64,000 nucleotides of DNA from Octopus vulgaris (taxonomy: Eukaryota). Positions 40,680 to 54,432 of the stretch are shown here, piece by piece. The DNA is taken from assembly GCA_951406725.2 (NCBI GenBank), contig OX597814.1, positions 34,472,001 to 34,536,000 of the forward strand, read 5' to 3'. A model generated the notes under the pieces. The model searched no databases and was not told the origin of the DNA. It saw nothing but the letters and a program-made list of their open reading frames with translations. The position numbers and the translations under genes were made by a program. The number at the start of each line of letters is the position of its first letter. The stretch's first letter is position 1.

Positions 40680-41760
40680 ACTCATCGTTGTGAAACTAAT
40701 CGGTTAACTTCTCGACCTTACCAGACCTAAACATCTTGACATTTTCTCATCAGAAGTATTCATAAGCAGTTGAAAAGTATTACTTGCTTCATAGAAGCTA
40801 TTGTGATATTCATTTCTTATCAAGATTTTTTTTATCAATATAACAACAGATTGATTAATTCATCCAAATGTTAAGTGAAACCAAGACAGGTCCTTGGGCG
40901 GTTTCATGCACATTTAAAGAACAATTTTCTATACATAATATTGATTGATATATTAATGCATTGTTTCGAACAAAAACAGTCGATCATTTATTGAAGGTTC
41001 ACTCCATACTTTTAAGTATGTGTGTATGTATGTGTAGACTCAAGTATTACTGTTACCGAACGTTCATTTTACAGCCACGTAGATTTCTGCTTGATCTCAC
41101 TGGGCAAGCAGCTTGTCGCCTAATGTGCCTTGTCATAGCTACCACTGATTAAGCTAGCTTCCATTTGGATTTTTCCATATACAGTTCGACTCAGTAATTT
41201 CGGTTGAAATACTAGTATTTAAGTTTTCCTCATAGATGGAGCTTCTGTAGCTTAGTTTTCACTTATTTCTATAGAATAATTTCCTGTAACGTTGAGATTA
41301 ATGTTAAGTATTTTTTTTTGCTATGTTAGGTTTATCTTTTAAAGAGATAATGGGTGGCGAAGTGTTATGGTTATATTATCGGTCAGCTTCTAGTGCTTTG
41401 ATGTAGAAGGGTGTAGCTATGACGAAGATTTCTTTAATGAACGACAAATTAGTGATTTTTCAACTGATATTGATTAGATTTTTGAAATCTCTTGTTGGGT
41501 GGTAGGAATCTATATTAACCTATGTAGTCTTCTCGTTAAATTTGCTGTATCGTTCGTATCTATCTGTAGAGTTTGATATCAATAATAACTTCACAACAGG
41601 TTAATGATAATAGGCATTTTTCAAGTCGAAATCATTAAAGACATTGATTAAATTATTAAAGGAATTGATTACATTATTAAAGGAATTGGTTAAACTTTTC
41701 CAAAGTTTAACCCTCAAATCTATATTACTAGCATATGCAAGAAACAAATAACAGAAATCT
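40680..41760 (-). mobile_element. Highly decayed Penelope-like element remnant
   Basis: Minus strand near 41165-41250 reads YRSSIYEENLNTSISTEITESNCIWK, weakly like the C-terminal part of GIY-YIG; decayed hammerhead core at 40680-40757. Confidence 0.4.
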
Positions 41761-42949
41761 CGTTTTCTCTTTACAACATGCGGCACTCAAAAAACCAAAC
41801 AAGCTAACAATCCGGTGTTTATTTGCGGGCTTATGTTCATATTTCTAACAGTTAGATGGACGGTAAATTTTGGAATCTCAAACTAATTGTATTTTATTTA
41901 AAGCAGGTAAATTCCTGCATTCAAAATAAAAACTAGACTGTTCTAACCAGATAAGCCAGTTGACTGCAACAGAATAATCTGATATTTTAGCCACACATCT
42001 AATTTACACTTACATATCAACATGCATTCTTTCTTCTTTAAAGAAGGTTGGTTATACGTTTCCAAAGCTACCATTGCTTCATTGCATGTTTGATAGAGAA
42101 TGTGACAAAACGGTGTCTGCGCAACCCCAAATTATTTTGTTTGATGCACCGGTTTTGTCACAGATGTGCATATTTGTTTATATGTGTGTACGGATGAGCA
42201 TGCATACATACACATATACATATAGAACGGGCTTTCAAACAGTTTCTGTCTAATAAATTTCACTCACAAACTATGTTCCCAAATGAAGTCATAATAGAAA
42301 CCAGTTGTCAAAATCTCGCATTGTAAGACCGAAACCAGAACTATGTAGTTGTGTAGTACAATACAAAATCCACATAGCATTGCCAATTCCCATATTCACA
42401 ATACACATACACTGCTGTAACTCTTAGGGGGCAACTTTTCCTCTGTTATGTTTTTAAATTTCAGAGATGAAAAAATACTATGTATTATTTATTTATCTAT
42501 AAGTACTGCTGTTGCAATTTGTAATTATTCGCTTGGTTTTAAAGAATTGATTTGCTTTAAAATTATATATTCTTTTATTGTTATCAAATTGATCCAGACT
42601 TATTCTATCCGTCTCTTTTTGTTGCGCCGTTAGATTAAACTGACACTGATTTTCAAGCGGTGAGAGGCAAATACAAAGGCAAAGATGTTTGCATGCGCCC
42701 GCCCGCACTCACTCACTAACTCACTCATAAAAAAATATATATATTATATATATCAAGGGCTATATAATTTATTGAAGTAGTTTGACTTTAGAGTCCCATT
42801 ACAGTGTGAGGCGTTACTTATAGTAATAACCCTTGGTATATAATAATAAATTTAAAGAAAAAATATATACTTTCTATTAATTTTTTCCTTAATTGTTTTT
42901 CCACGCTGGCTGCTTGATAAATCTTATATAGCTTTTATCCTTATATCCT

Positions 42950-42980
<31 letters not shown>

Positions 42981-44304
42981 GATAATGGTGTCACTGAGAC
43001 CCAAAGGTGTCAGGTAATGGTTAATAAGTGCGATAGACAGACCATAGTTAAGTTCCAGATTCGGTAATATTGCGAATAAAGTGTTCAAAGTTGGTTCTAT
43101 GTCAGCGTGTGTATATAAGAATTTTTTGCTTAATGAGATAAAAAACCAATGCTCTAATATCTATACAGCCTTGGTTTTTATATCTCATTACGCAAAAAAT
43201 TCTTATATAAATATATATATATATATATATGTGACAGCTTCCACGCAATTTCCAGCCACCGAATTCACTCACAAATCATTCGTCGGTTAGTGTGTTGAAC
43301 TATCGCCATGAACTGAGCAAAGTTTTTAACCACACAGCCATGCTCACGCGTATATGTTCTGTAATCTTTTAATAATCATCGATTTTATTCGCATTAGTCG
43401 CTTTCTTGAATTTAATATGGATTAATGCAATAAAATCAAAGAGACTATTGATCTTGGCTCTACCAACGATGTTTAGATATGCTTGTGATACACCGAAGTC
43501 AATCATTCCAAGAAATAGCCATAACCATGTATCATCTGGAAATAATAAAATGCATTGTGTCAGGATTGGTTTAGGAACAAATTCGGTGAAAGTAAATCAG
43601 CAGAATTATATAAGAGTGTCAAACTGAAACACAAGACAAATAGCTGTGGCATATTTCTAATAGTTAGTTAAGCTAAAATAACGCTTCTGGGCGATTAAAT
43701 TTCTGATCTACCATCAAACTAACTTGCATGATTTGAACTTTAGGTGAGACACGGATCTTCTCAATAATTCCCATGCAATATTGTGCTAAGTGTCAATGTG
43801 TGTATGCATTTATTTCGATATGTGATTGTGTATCTTAGTGGAAGCTTACGCAATCCATCATTCCTGATCAGTTTATGTGATTTCGATTAGCAAAGGAAAG
43901 TAAACTTTGCTATTCTCCAATCTTTTAGTACATTCTTGATTGATTCATTGGTTTTTACTTCAGCTATTTACATATTTTAATCAGCTTTTCACCATCACAA
44001 GAATTTAGTTAGAGCCTCTCCTTTATGTAAGCCCTCTTCGAGATTCTCCGATAATTATACCACAGGGAAAAAGACATTGTGAGATGATTTAGTTTCAACT
44101 ATCAGCATTCCAGGTTTAAACACTGACAAGGTTACATATGCCTGCCACTATGAGTGTAGATAAAATATGTTCCAGGAATGTCATGGAATCGATTAATTTG
44201 ACTATACCTATCCCTATAAATTTGTAGCAATATAATACGATATAATATATAACATATGATAGAATGAAATACACACACACACACGCACATATATATATAT
44301 ATAC

Positions 44305-44408
<104 letters not shown>

Positions 44409-45411
44409 CCATGCGTGTGTGTACGTGCGTGCGTCGGTGTGTTTGCGCGTGTATTCCTGTGAGTTTATGTGATGCGTATGTGTGTGTATATATAGTACAC
44501 ACACATATACACATATATACATATATATATATATATACATATCCATATTTATTTTATTTCCATCTGTCTGTATATGCATACACAACATTCATACATTCAT
44601 TAAGGAGTACCAAAGCATATTTCGAATGACAGTGTCACTAATGCAAGCAGTGTACTGCTCTTTGGAAACTTTGTTATTCAAAGATCAAATCCTGCTATTG
44701 TCAGATATTTATCTCTGCTCTAATTGTGCCTCACCAGTATTTCTTATCTTGTTATTTTGGTTAAGTCTGATAACATATTTTTGTAAATACCCTACGTAAA
44801 TAACTTCTGATATATAAAGCACACCAAATAATTATAAATAATTGCCAACCATTTTAAAAGCCATTATTAGAGATGCTTGAAAATTGTACGGAACTAATTT
44901 ATGTCTCTTCCAAAAGATAAACTTAATGACATAATAACAGATTCAACAATATCGTCAAAAGATATCGATATGCTCCATGAATTATAGGCGTAAAGTTATA
45001 TCCTTGAAGATTTCATTATAGCGTTTGGTGGAGTACGCTATATATCAAGTTACACAATCACATGAAATTGATGTCAGTATCCTGATCTAGAAAAACTCTC
45101 GCCAGTTTCAAAATATCACTGTTTTTTGTCAGAGGGATTTGTTCGTCACCCTCTTTATGGCAATACTGTTCCACCTAGGTACATGGAAACATAAAAAAAA
45201 GTCACTTCGACGAGTACAAAGCAATGCTTGTCACATGGACTGGAGATTTATCGGCAGGTTGTCCGGTACTATATCTGTCCTGAAATCCTCGTTTTCTATT
45301 CAAACACTTAACTTGTCACTCATGTTCAACACTCATCTTTAACCCCCAAAATCAGTTCTTATTCTATACCTAATAATTTCAGTTGGTCTACTTAATTTCA
45401 GATAACATATC

Positions 45412-45609
45412 GATCTCACGTTTTGGCACAAGGCCAGCAATTTCGGGGGAAGCGGGTAAGTCGATTACATAGACACCACTGCTCAGCTGATACTTATTTT
45501 ATTGAACCCGAAAGTCGATAGCGGCAGAATTTGAACTCTGAACGTAAAGACGGACGAAATGCCGCTAAGAATTTTGCCCGGCGTGCTAACGATTCTGCCA
45601 GCTTGTCGC
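45412..45609 (-). mobile_element. SINE family A with 21-bp target-site duplication
   Basis: cttaatttcagataacatatc (45391-45411) and cttaatttcagttaacatatc (45610-45630). Confidence 0.88.
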
Positions 45610-45708
45610 CTTAATTTCAGTTAACATATCAACAGCTGTTTTGCAACTTGGAATCAGTAGGTTTCGCTACAAAATATTTCAAAAGCTTCATCGTATTTAC
45701 ATAAGCAT

Positions 45709-45879
45709 AGGCGCAGGAGTGGCTGTGTGTAAGTAGCTTGCTAACCAACCTCATGGTTCCGGGTTCAGTCCCACTACGTGGCATCTTGGGCAAGTGTCTT
45801 CTGCTATAGCCCCGGGCCGACCAATGCCTTGTGAGTGGATTTGGTAGACGGAAACTGAAAGAAGCCTGTCGTATATATG

Positions 45880-45920
<41 letters not shown>

Positions 45921-46130
45921 TTGTGTGTCTGTGTTTGTCCTCCTAGCATTGCTTGACAACCGATGCTGGTGTGTTTACTTCCCCGTCACTTAGCGGTTCG
46001 GCAAAAAGAGATCGATATAATAAGTACTGGGCTTACAAAGAATAAGTCCCGGGGTCGATTTGCTCGACTAAAGGCGGTGCTCCAGCATGGCCGCAGTCAA
46101 ATGACTGAAACAAGTAAAAGAGAAAAAAGA
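45709..46130 (+). mobile_element. SINE family B, full length
   Basis: Head, (TA)n and tail. Confidence 0.88.
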
Positions 46131-46657
46131 GAAAGCAATATACTTTTTACATATGAAGGAAAGTTGCGCATTTGCAAAGAGACTTACAAATCACTCATCT
46201 CCATAATATAGCACTTCTCAGAATTGCATTCCGCAAGTATAACATCAGAAAGTTTATATGATCATTTTATCGATGACTATCACCACATCTCCAATATACG
46301 TTTCCCGATACTTCAAGGACTCTGCAATTCTAAAGCTGAAAACTAGCCAAAGGGGTTGGACCATTACTCCTTTCTTCTACTCTCTATCATGATCTTTCGT
46401 TTACACAGCCATCGATTTCCTGTATCTTAGCAGACCTCACACTTAAAACTTTGCTATAGCATTCCTTTCACGAAGTATAGCCGTCTGTTCAGTTATGTTA
46501 TAAATCAGCAATAAATCTAGTGAAGATATAAACCCTTGACTGCATGAAGTCATACTAAATGACATGTTATAAGGCAGAAATCAGTAATCAGATAAAAAGA
46601 ATGTAATGTAATAAAATAATATATGTACACATGTATATTATGTGTGTATATAATGCA

Positions 46658-46703
<46 letters not shown>

Positions 46704-46827
46704 TAAATTAGAGACAAAACCACTATTAGGCAAATCAAACAATGAAAAACTTAATCCAATACATAATATTATTTAATTTATATTATTTAAATATATAACA
46801 AAATTATTAAAAAAATATAATTAATAT

Positions 46828-46894
46828 CACACTACGATCGTTTCATGCCTGCTAACATCTCCAAATGTTTGAGTCGCAGTCATTCATCAGGTGG
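46828..46894 (-). ncRNA. Minimal type I hammerhead ribozyme motif in a short AT-rich repeat (~46699-46945)
   Basis: Minus strand cac-CTGATGA-atgactgc...gcaggcat-GAAA-cgatcg-TA-gtg; GUA cleavage triplet, palindromic stem III. Confidence 0.75.
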
Positions 46895-46939
46895 TTTAAA
46901 TATTTAACTTGGCGAGGTTTAAACCTAATATTTATTCCC

Positions 46940-46998
<59 letters not shown>

Positions 46999-47329
46999 TT
47001 ATACATGTACAGTCATGGATAACGTGATCCCCTATAGCTTAAATTCGCGAATGATGATACATGAAGGTGGATGCATATATCGACTGTAGATTCGTTGGTA
47101 ACTGACTAGACCAATACGCGATATTCAAATACAGCTACAAGGATAATTCTGTTCAGGGTTCGGTTCCTCTACGTCATGGCATTTTCTCAGTCTTATTTCG
47201 TCCTGAAGTGATGCAGTACGTGAATTCACAAAGGAGAAGACAGACTGGTGGTTGTATATTGTCAATTCTCACGATCGGAAGCTATTCTAAGCTCCTGTCA
47301 ATTGTCAATGTCGTTGGTGTCAAAGGATT

Positions 47330-47660
47330 TCTTCAGTATGCCCTTGCACATTTCTTTTGGTTTATCTGTTAAGGTAGTTAATGGTGAATCCACCTAAAGA
47401 ATATTCTTTGGCCCCCCACCATCCTGGAAATGTGCCTTACTCAAACAATTGTGACTTTCTCAGCATGGCCTCAGTGATCTTTGGCTGCTCAAGGATTTTA
47501 ACACTTCAATGGATATTGAGGACAGTGCGCATACCGTGCTAGTGGAGAGACGTTTGGAATCATAGTTGGTGATGATACGTTATCCGTAAACCAGAGGTGT
47601 ACTGGGAGGTGCTGAGCTCTGTGTCTGACTGTTTTGTGCAGTCAACCGAACAGACTTTTT
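47330..47660 (-). mobile_element. Decayed RTE LINE C-terminal fragment
   Basis: Minus strand remnants MRTVLNIH, ILEQ, EAMLRK and VRHISRM resemble the RTE motif LRxILxIxW...LRWxGHxxRM. Confidence 0.55.
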
Positions 47661-47811
47661 GCAAAAGCACCATACATACATACATACATACATACAAACA
47701 TATATACGTATGTACATACATACGTACGTACATATGCACATTCATGAAGCTCTCTGTCTGTCTGTCTGTCTGTCTGTAAATATGTCTATATCTATCTATC
47801 TTCAAACATAC

Positions 47812-48008
<197 letters not shown>

Positions 48009-48222
48009 TTGGGTGGGTAGAGTAATTAATAGGAATCGGCAGGTCGTTCGTCGTAACAGTTTATCTTCATCTCTTGGACGACTTTTTTAATAAAAAAGTT
48101 TTAAGCTAGTCTTGGTGGTGTGAAGCCACGCTGACTTGTCTTCTGAGTGATGGTTTCAGTATTTAGGGCCAATGTTTTTCGCTATGTGTATCCTAGCGTA
48201 TACGAGTTGAAATATATATATT

Positions 48223-48294
<72 letters not shown>

Positions 48295-48307
48295 TATGTA
48301 TGTATTA

Positions 48308-48400
48308 TGCCCCCCCAACATCGCTTGACAACCGAAGCTGGTGTGTTTACGTCCCCGTAACTTAGCGGTTCGGGAAAAGTGACGAATAGAATATGTATGT
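48308..48400 (+). mobile_element. SINE family B tail fragment
   Basis: cccccaacatcgcttgacaacc...aacttagcggttcgg following a (TA)n. Confidence 0.8.
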
Positions 48401-48729
48401 ATTTGTTTTGCAAGATTCCTGATGTGAAATCGTGTGTTGAAACAGATAATTTTTTTTTGCCAAATAAGCATACGCACTTATATTCGTTCTTCACTTATTT
48501 ATTATTGTTCTTATTTTATGTCCATTGACTGGAAATCTTTCGTCACACACCTTTGACCTCTTCAGCAACTCTCCATCCCACGTGTATACTTCTGTTCTGT
48601 TTAGTCCATTCTGTCTTTCTCGAGATAATAATGAACAAGTGAAGAACCAATACATAGTGCGTGTATTTATTTGCCTCCTCCACAAAAAGACCATCCTGAA
48701 ATGCAACAATAAATACTTTTACTTTTTTT

Positions 48730-48868
48730 TTTACTTTTTACTTGTTTCAGTCATGTGACTGTGGCCATGCTGGAGCACCGCCTTTAGTCGAGCAAATCGA
48801 CCCCAGGACTTATTCTTTGTAAGCCTAGTACTTATTCTATCGGTCTCTTTTGCCGAACCGCTAAGTTA
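48730..48868 (-). mobile_element. SINE family B tail fragment
   Basis: Reverse complement of aacttagcggttcggcaaaagagacc...gactgaaacaagtaaaaag. Confidence 0.82.
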
Positions 48869-48874
48869 TATATG

Positions 48875-48911
<37 letters not shown>

Positions 48912-50131
48912 CAATGTTGTGTTATATATATATAACACTGTTGTGTTATATAAATTTCATATAATATTAATGAGTCAGTATAATTATATATTTTCAAAGA
49001 GAACACCAACAAGGTATCAGGTTTAAGACAAGATTTAGAAAAATGAAACAAGTGAAGTTGATGTTTCCATTACACAAACTCAAGGAAACTCTAAACAACA
49101 TTCACCTGCACTCAAAGCGCCTTAAAAACATCATTAAGAACTTAGTTAAGAACATATCCTTAGGCTCTTACACCCATTCGCTAATGAACAAATCTTTTAA
49201 GCGCCTATCTCAATACTATTATGAAGAATCGTCTTGAAGTCATTTTAAGGATTACTTGGTGTCCAGAATTAACACGCCTAAAATACAAAATAGACAATGA
49301 AATATATGTTGGTAGAACTCACGCTGCAACTAATTCGCAGTAACCCTTGGAAACGTCTTGAAACAACCCCTAAAACACTTTCCTATACCATAGAAATACT
49401 ACCAAACAATCCAGGCGATAACGAAAATACACTACACCCCCATCCCTAACTTCCCCACTCCAATATCTTCAGATCACATTTTCACATATTATCTTTCGAC
49501 TTCTAGATTTTTTTTCCTGATTTAATGGTTTGATAATCGTTAACGTCGAAGTGTGTTTATTTGACTTAGTCAAGAAAGTATTTCCTGATTTAATTGTCAA
49601 ATAATCAAAATTTATTAGCTTAGTCAGCGATATTCTTGATTTATTTGCTTAATGTTTTCACAATTCAATTGTACAATTGTAAAATAAGAATTATTTATTC
49701 AAGAACTTAAAATCCCATTGAGTCATTCCTGATTTAATGTTTGAATAATTTATTCACTAAATAACAGCAGAGATCATCATCATTCGCTGAAGTACCCCGA
49801 ATCTGTTAACTTTTAGATTTGTTTTAGCGTTAGTATTTGTATAACAAATCCCGATTTAATTATTTAATAGTTTTAATAGTAAATTTATTAACTGGAGGAG
49901 AAGTGAAATTCAGTTGTATAGTAATAACAACAACAACTATAATAATAATAACAATAGTTTATTCATTATTACTTATATGTTCATTGACATATAAGTGGGG
50001 AAGTATTTCTTCCCCACTTAATGGTTCAATAATAATTATTCATTAGATGATAATTATAATTGTTAACAAATGAATTAATTATAAATTAATTTTAATTCTA
50101 CTTTCGTTTCTCCTCTCTCTCTATCTCTCTA

Positions 50132-50179
<48 letters not shown>

Positions 50180-50489
50180 AATATGTGTAAGATATGTATA
50201 TACGTACGCACACATATACACACAGATGCACACGCAAACACACACACGCATTTCTGCATATTTATGTATCAACTTTAAACTCTTTCCACTAGTATAATTT
50301 TCACTTTCTTCTTTCTTGAATTTAGAATTTCTCGTCATTTCATCGCCTTGATAGGTCACTGTATTTCATCGACGACAGCGCCTCCTTCTTTCTCTCAACA
50401 TTAGCACTAACCTCTCACCATCCATCGTTAATACTGAGCGTTTATGCTCCATTCCTGTCTGGCACTCTTAATAACGTGGTATCTTCCCA

Positions 50490-51760
50490 GCTGTAAAACC
50501 GTATACACTCTCAAAGGCCCTTTCAAAGTCTATAAGAGCCATTATTTAACGTTATCTGAACTGAACATACTGCTGTATATTATGTCTGAGCAAGAATGTC
50601 TGCTCAATACCTCGTAACTGCTTGAAGCTTGCTTGTACATACATTAGTATATATTGTAATGTAATCGTTTTATCCTATCGAGGATAACCAAACTATACGC
50701 CTTCAATACTATGCTGAAAGTAATAACCACAGACTCCTAAGATGCTTCATTTTAGTATACTAATCACTATAACGGCTTGTCAATCTGCAGGTATCTGTTC
50801 AATCTGCGATATATTACAAAACAGTTTTCATAATATTTTTACAGCTTTTTTTCATTGATCTGTTTAATATTCCTACAATTCTATCCAATACAGGAACCTT
50901 TTGGGATTTTAATCGCTTAACGACTAGCTTAACCAATATTTAATGTACAGCAAATTCCAGCTCTATTGTATTTCAGGAATTATTAAAACATTTCACTCAT
51001 TAAACGGTTTGTTCATGACTGTATTAAAATTTTCTCTTCATATTATTTTGATGATTATATAAAACATTTCAAGTTCCGCATCTTTACAAAACACGGGTAG
51101 CCTTTTTTTTTCTTTTTACTTGTAATCTCATTAATTATTTTATTGGTTTTCTGACTTCTCTTCTGTCTCCTGCATTGAGTATTGGAGCTGCTTCGTCAGC
51201 TTTCACTTCCAAGCATTTTCTTTTATATCTTCTTGAACACCTTTTCACCTCGCTATTTAGACTCCAATATTTAGCTATTTACACCTTAAGGTCCACTTTA
51301 TTCCCACTCCAATATTTGGCAATTTGTTTTTGTTCTTTTCGTGCCTCAGTAAGTTCCTATGTTACATCCAAAATAAATTTTATTCTTTTATCTTTCTTAG
51401 CCCAGAACACCTATGGTTACATTGCTGTGTACTTCCTTTACATTTCGCATGCGCTTTTGATGTCTACAGCCTCAACTGTAGCTTCAAGCACCGCTAATCG
51501 ATTTCACTATTCAATCAAAAATTCATCTTTAAATCTTCGATCTTTCAACTTCTTTTCTGTATCAAATCTACTAACACTGTCCATTCATTTAGCCTTCAGC
51601 TTTAATTCAATCATCCCTTTTACTAACAAATGGTCACTTTCAGTATCTCCATCTCGGTATATTCTAAAATCTAAAAGCAATATTTATGTTGGTGATTTAT
51701 CAAAGTATGGTTCTATTTGATTATGATACTTTAGATATGGATATGACCAAGTATATTTAT
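50490..51760 (-). mobile_element. Decayed APE-type LINE ORF2 (endonuclease end to RT start)
   Basis: Minus strand YTW (~51750), RDGDTESDH (~51640) and ALIDFERAF (~50530), in the expected order. Confidence 0.65.
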
Positions 51761-52097
51761 GAATATCCTCAATTTTAAAGAGGGTACATCCTGTGATGAG
51801 ATTGGCTTTACGATATAAAGCGTGAAAGAACATAATTATTCAAAAGTTCTGTCTTTTCTGATTCTCTTTGAGGATATGAGATGTTCAATCATACTCAATT
51901 TTCGCTAGAATCTTCTTGTCGATCGTTTCATACCTTCGTTGAGATGACCACCAACTTCAATCTCTATAACGCCGCCTAGCGTATTATCTATTTCAACAAT
52001 TGGTAGGAAAAAATCCCGTTCAATTCTTAGCACATCTGTTTGCCGGTGATTAGAAACTATAAGTTCATTTTTAGTCTTCATTAATTTTTAGTTTAAA

Positions 52098-52494
52098 CTA
52101 GCAGTATCGCCCGGCGTTGCTCGGGTTTGTAAGGGAAATAACTATATAAGCATTTTTAGAGATGTAAAGTATAATAGCCATCTCAATATGGCTAACCACA
52201 AAGGGGGGAGGTGTTACTGTAGCTTTTTACGTTCTGAGATTTAATAATACATTTTTAGAGAGTTACTTCCCTTATATAATAGCAAAAAAATGCACTAAAA
52301 TGGGAAAAAATGATGTTAAATTTTTTTTTAAATCGTAGACTCATCGTAGACGCGTGCTAATACCCAGAAGGGCTCGATATGAATCACGACTATAAGATAC
52401 CCACTTTTGGTTACACTGCATCGCAAAATGTGGGAGTAGTTAGGAATCTAAATCGTAAGAGACAGACACACAACTTCACTTTTATATATAAAGA
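52098..52494 (-). mobile_element. Non-autonomous Helitron H1 copy 2
   Basis: A|TC ... hairpin-CTAG|T; collinear with the copies at 34145 and 55612. Confidence 0.88.
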
Positions 52495-52630
52495 TAATGC
52501 GTATTCAGTAACTCAATCAACTGAACTGGCTATTCGTTGGGGAAATGTGTCAGTAACTGAGTTTCTACAGATAGACACACTGTAAACGTTATCCCCAGGA
52601 AAAATTAGTAAGAAACAGTGTACGACAGGC

Positions 52631-53578
52631 CTAGACCTTTAAATTAAAGGTAAAATTCATCTGTGCCCCCCCCCCCAAGACACATAAAAAAATTTCACTG
52701 AGAAAGTTTGGATCGAACAGAGACGACGGTAAACGACACTTGTCAAAGAAACCTCGCAATGGGATTGAATACGGGGGGGGGGGGGGGGGGTATTTAAAAT
52801 TTTTTTCCGGCACGTCCTACGTCCCAGATATAAAGGTAAAAACAAAATATTTCCACTTTGCAAGTTCGAGTCGAGTACTCCCTTGCACGTTCCGTTGATC
52901 GAACCTTGCTTCTATTGTGGCGAATTTACCGCCTCCGATTAGATACATTTCATAGTCGCACCAAGACACTTTTCGAAGGTGCTTTCCTCTATGTGTTCAA
53001 AATCTTCTTTTTTCTCTACATTGTATACTTTATAGACAATAGACTTTTCTTTAATTTAATTTTTTATTATCCATCTGGACTATTCCATTTCCGCACGCAA
53101 ATTTTATTTTTAATTTATTCCCATTCATGTGAAACCACTTATTCAAATTCAAATCATTGATGCAATTTTATACCAATTGCTATTTTTACTTTTGTTATGT
53201 TACGATTATATTATACTTTAGTTTGATTTTAATTATTACTTACTACATATAATTCAATTATTATTATTTTTATTGTTAAAGTGAAAGTATCTGTCATAAA
53301 ATAGAGAAACGTTTTTGTTTCACTTTTAACACGTAATACTGAAATAGTGGAGAAGATATGATATTGCTATGGGCTCGCTCTAGGCAAGAAGTTGAACATT
53401 TTTTTTGCCCATGAAACTACATGGACCCTAAGTAAGGCATGTGTAAAATTTGAATGGAATTGGTTGTGTAGTTCTCAAGTTTTAGGGAATCGTAGTAGAG
53501 AAGATATGATATTGCTGTGGGCTCGCCCTAGGCTAAAAGTTCAAATTTTTTCATTACTATTCCTTCAACTAATATAGA
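52631..53578 (-). mobile_element. Probable second non-autonomous Helitron-like family (H2)
   Basis: Minus strand begins A|TCTATATTAG and ends accttt-aattt-aaaggt hairpin plus CTAG; internal direct repeat gagaagatatgatattgct..gggctcgc near 53350 and 53499. Confidence 0.55.
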
Positions 53579-53619
53579 TGGTTTAATATATGTGCTTCTT
53601 CACGCAGGTTGGAACATTA

Positions 53620-54200
53620 CAAGCTGAGGTTAAGTCCAAATGCTTTGCAAGATACAGAGATAAGATCCATGAGAATTTGCATGTCTTCCATTGTTTGAGC
53701 AACTAAATCGCAATCATCAGCATAAGAGAGCTCAAGAACAAGGGATTGAAAAACTTTCGCATTGGCAGCAAATCGACATAAGTTTAAGAGACGATTAGAA
53801 GTTTGGTATCTACATATATCCCAGAAGAGCAATACGCGGCAAATGCATGAATGGGAATAACAACAAAATACAAAGAAAAGAGAGCCTACGATTTAAGAAT
53901 TGTATAAAGCCCTCGTTGAAAGCGTGTGAAATATGGGAGATCAATCGAGAAAGGAATGCTTGTCATCACCACCAATGGAGGAAACAATTAAAGGAAGAAG
54001 CGGATGTTTTGGCAAAGACACCCATATATCATGCAGAATTTAAGCGAGCTTCTCGAAGACGCACCGCCAGAGCAGAAAATGGGGGAAGCTTGGTTGGTAA
54101 TGTCTACTGACGCGTAAGTTTATGGAGGGCTGGGAACTACCGGTGTAAAGCATAGATTTATCCGAGTGCACAATGATTGCATTCCTCGGTCAAGAGTGGG
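53620..54200. mobile_element. RTE (BovB-like) LINE remnant with inverted RT segment
   Basis: Minus 53620-53826: LELSYADDCDLVAQ..DMQILMD..CKAFGL. Plus 53830-54190: LRFKNCIK.SLKACEI..WRKQL..KRASRR, an RTE-type C-terminus. Confidence 0.8.
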
Positions 54201-54247
54201 TAGCCATCATACAGGCATACATACATACTTATACCCCAATCCACACA

Positions 54248-54432
54248 TACGAACAGCTGCTGAGAAGTTCTTGGCTTTGGGTATATTCAACATATTCTCC
54301 TCTCAGATTCACACACTTATTGCAGCGCTCCTTCCGATTCTCTAACCCCGCGAAAGAACTCGGAAGTTTGGACCTCCAAACAGGTCTTTCGCGACACCCT
54401 CAAAGCCAGAAACTTTTCAGCACCCGCTTGTA
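54248..54432. mobile_element. Mariner-derived MITE
   Basis: TA-cga..gctgagaagttcttggcttt / aaagccagaaacttttcagcac..tg-TA; termini resemble the mariner end at 29860-29887. Confidence 0.72.

Noticed and set aside
49510-49862. CRISPR-like repeat-spacer appearance
   Set aside because: The repeat is only ~13 bp, the spacing is irregular, the context is eukaryotic and there are no cas genes.
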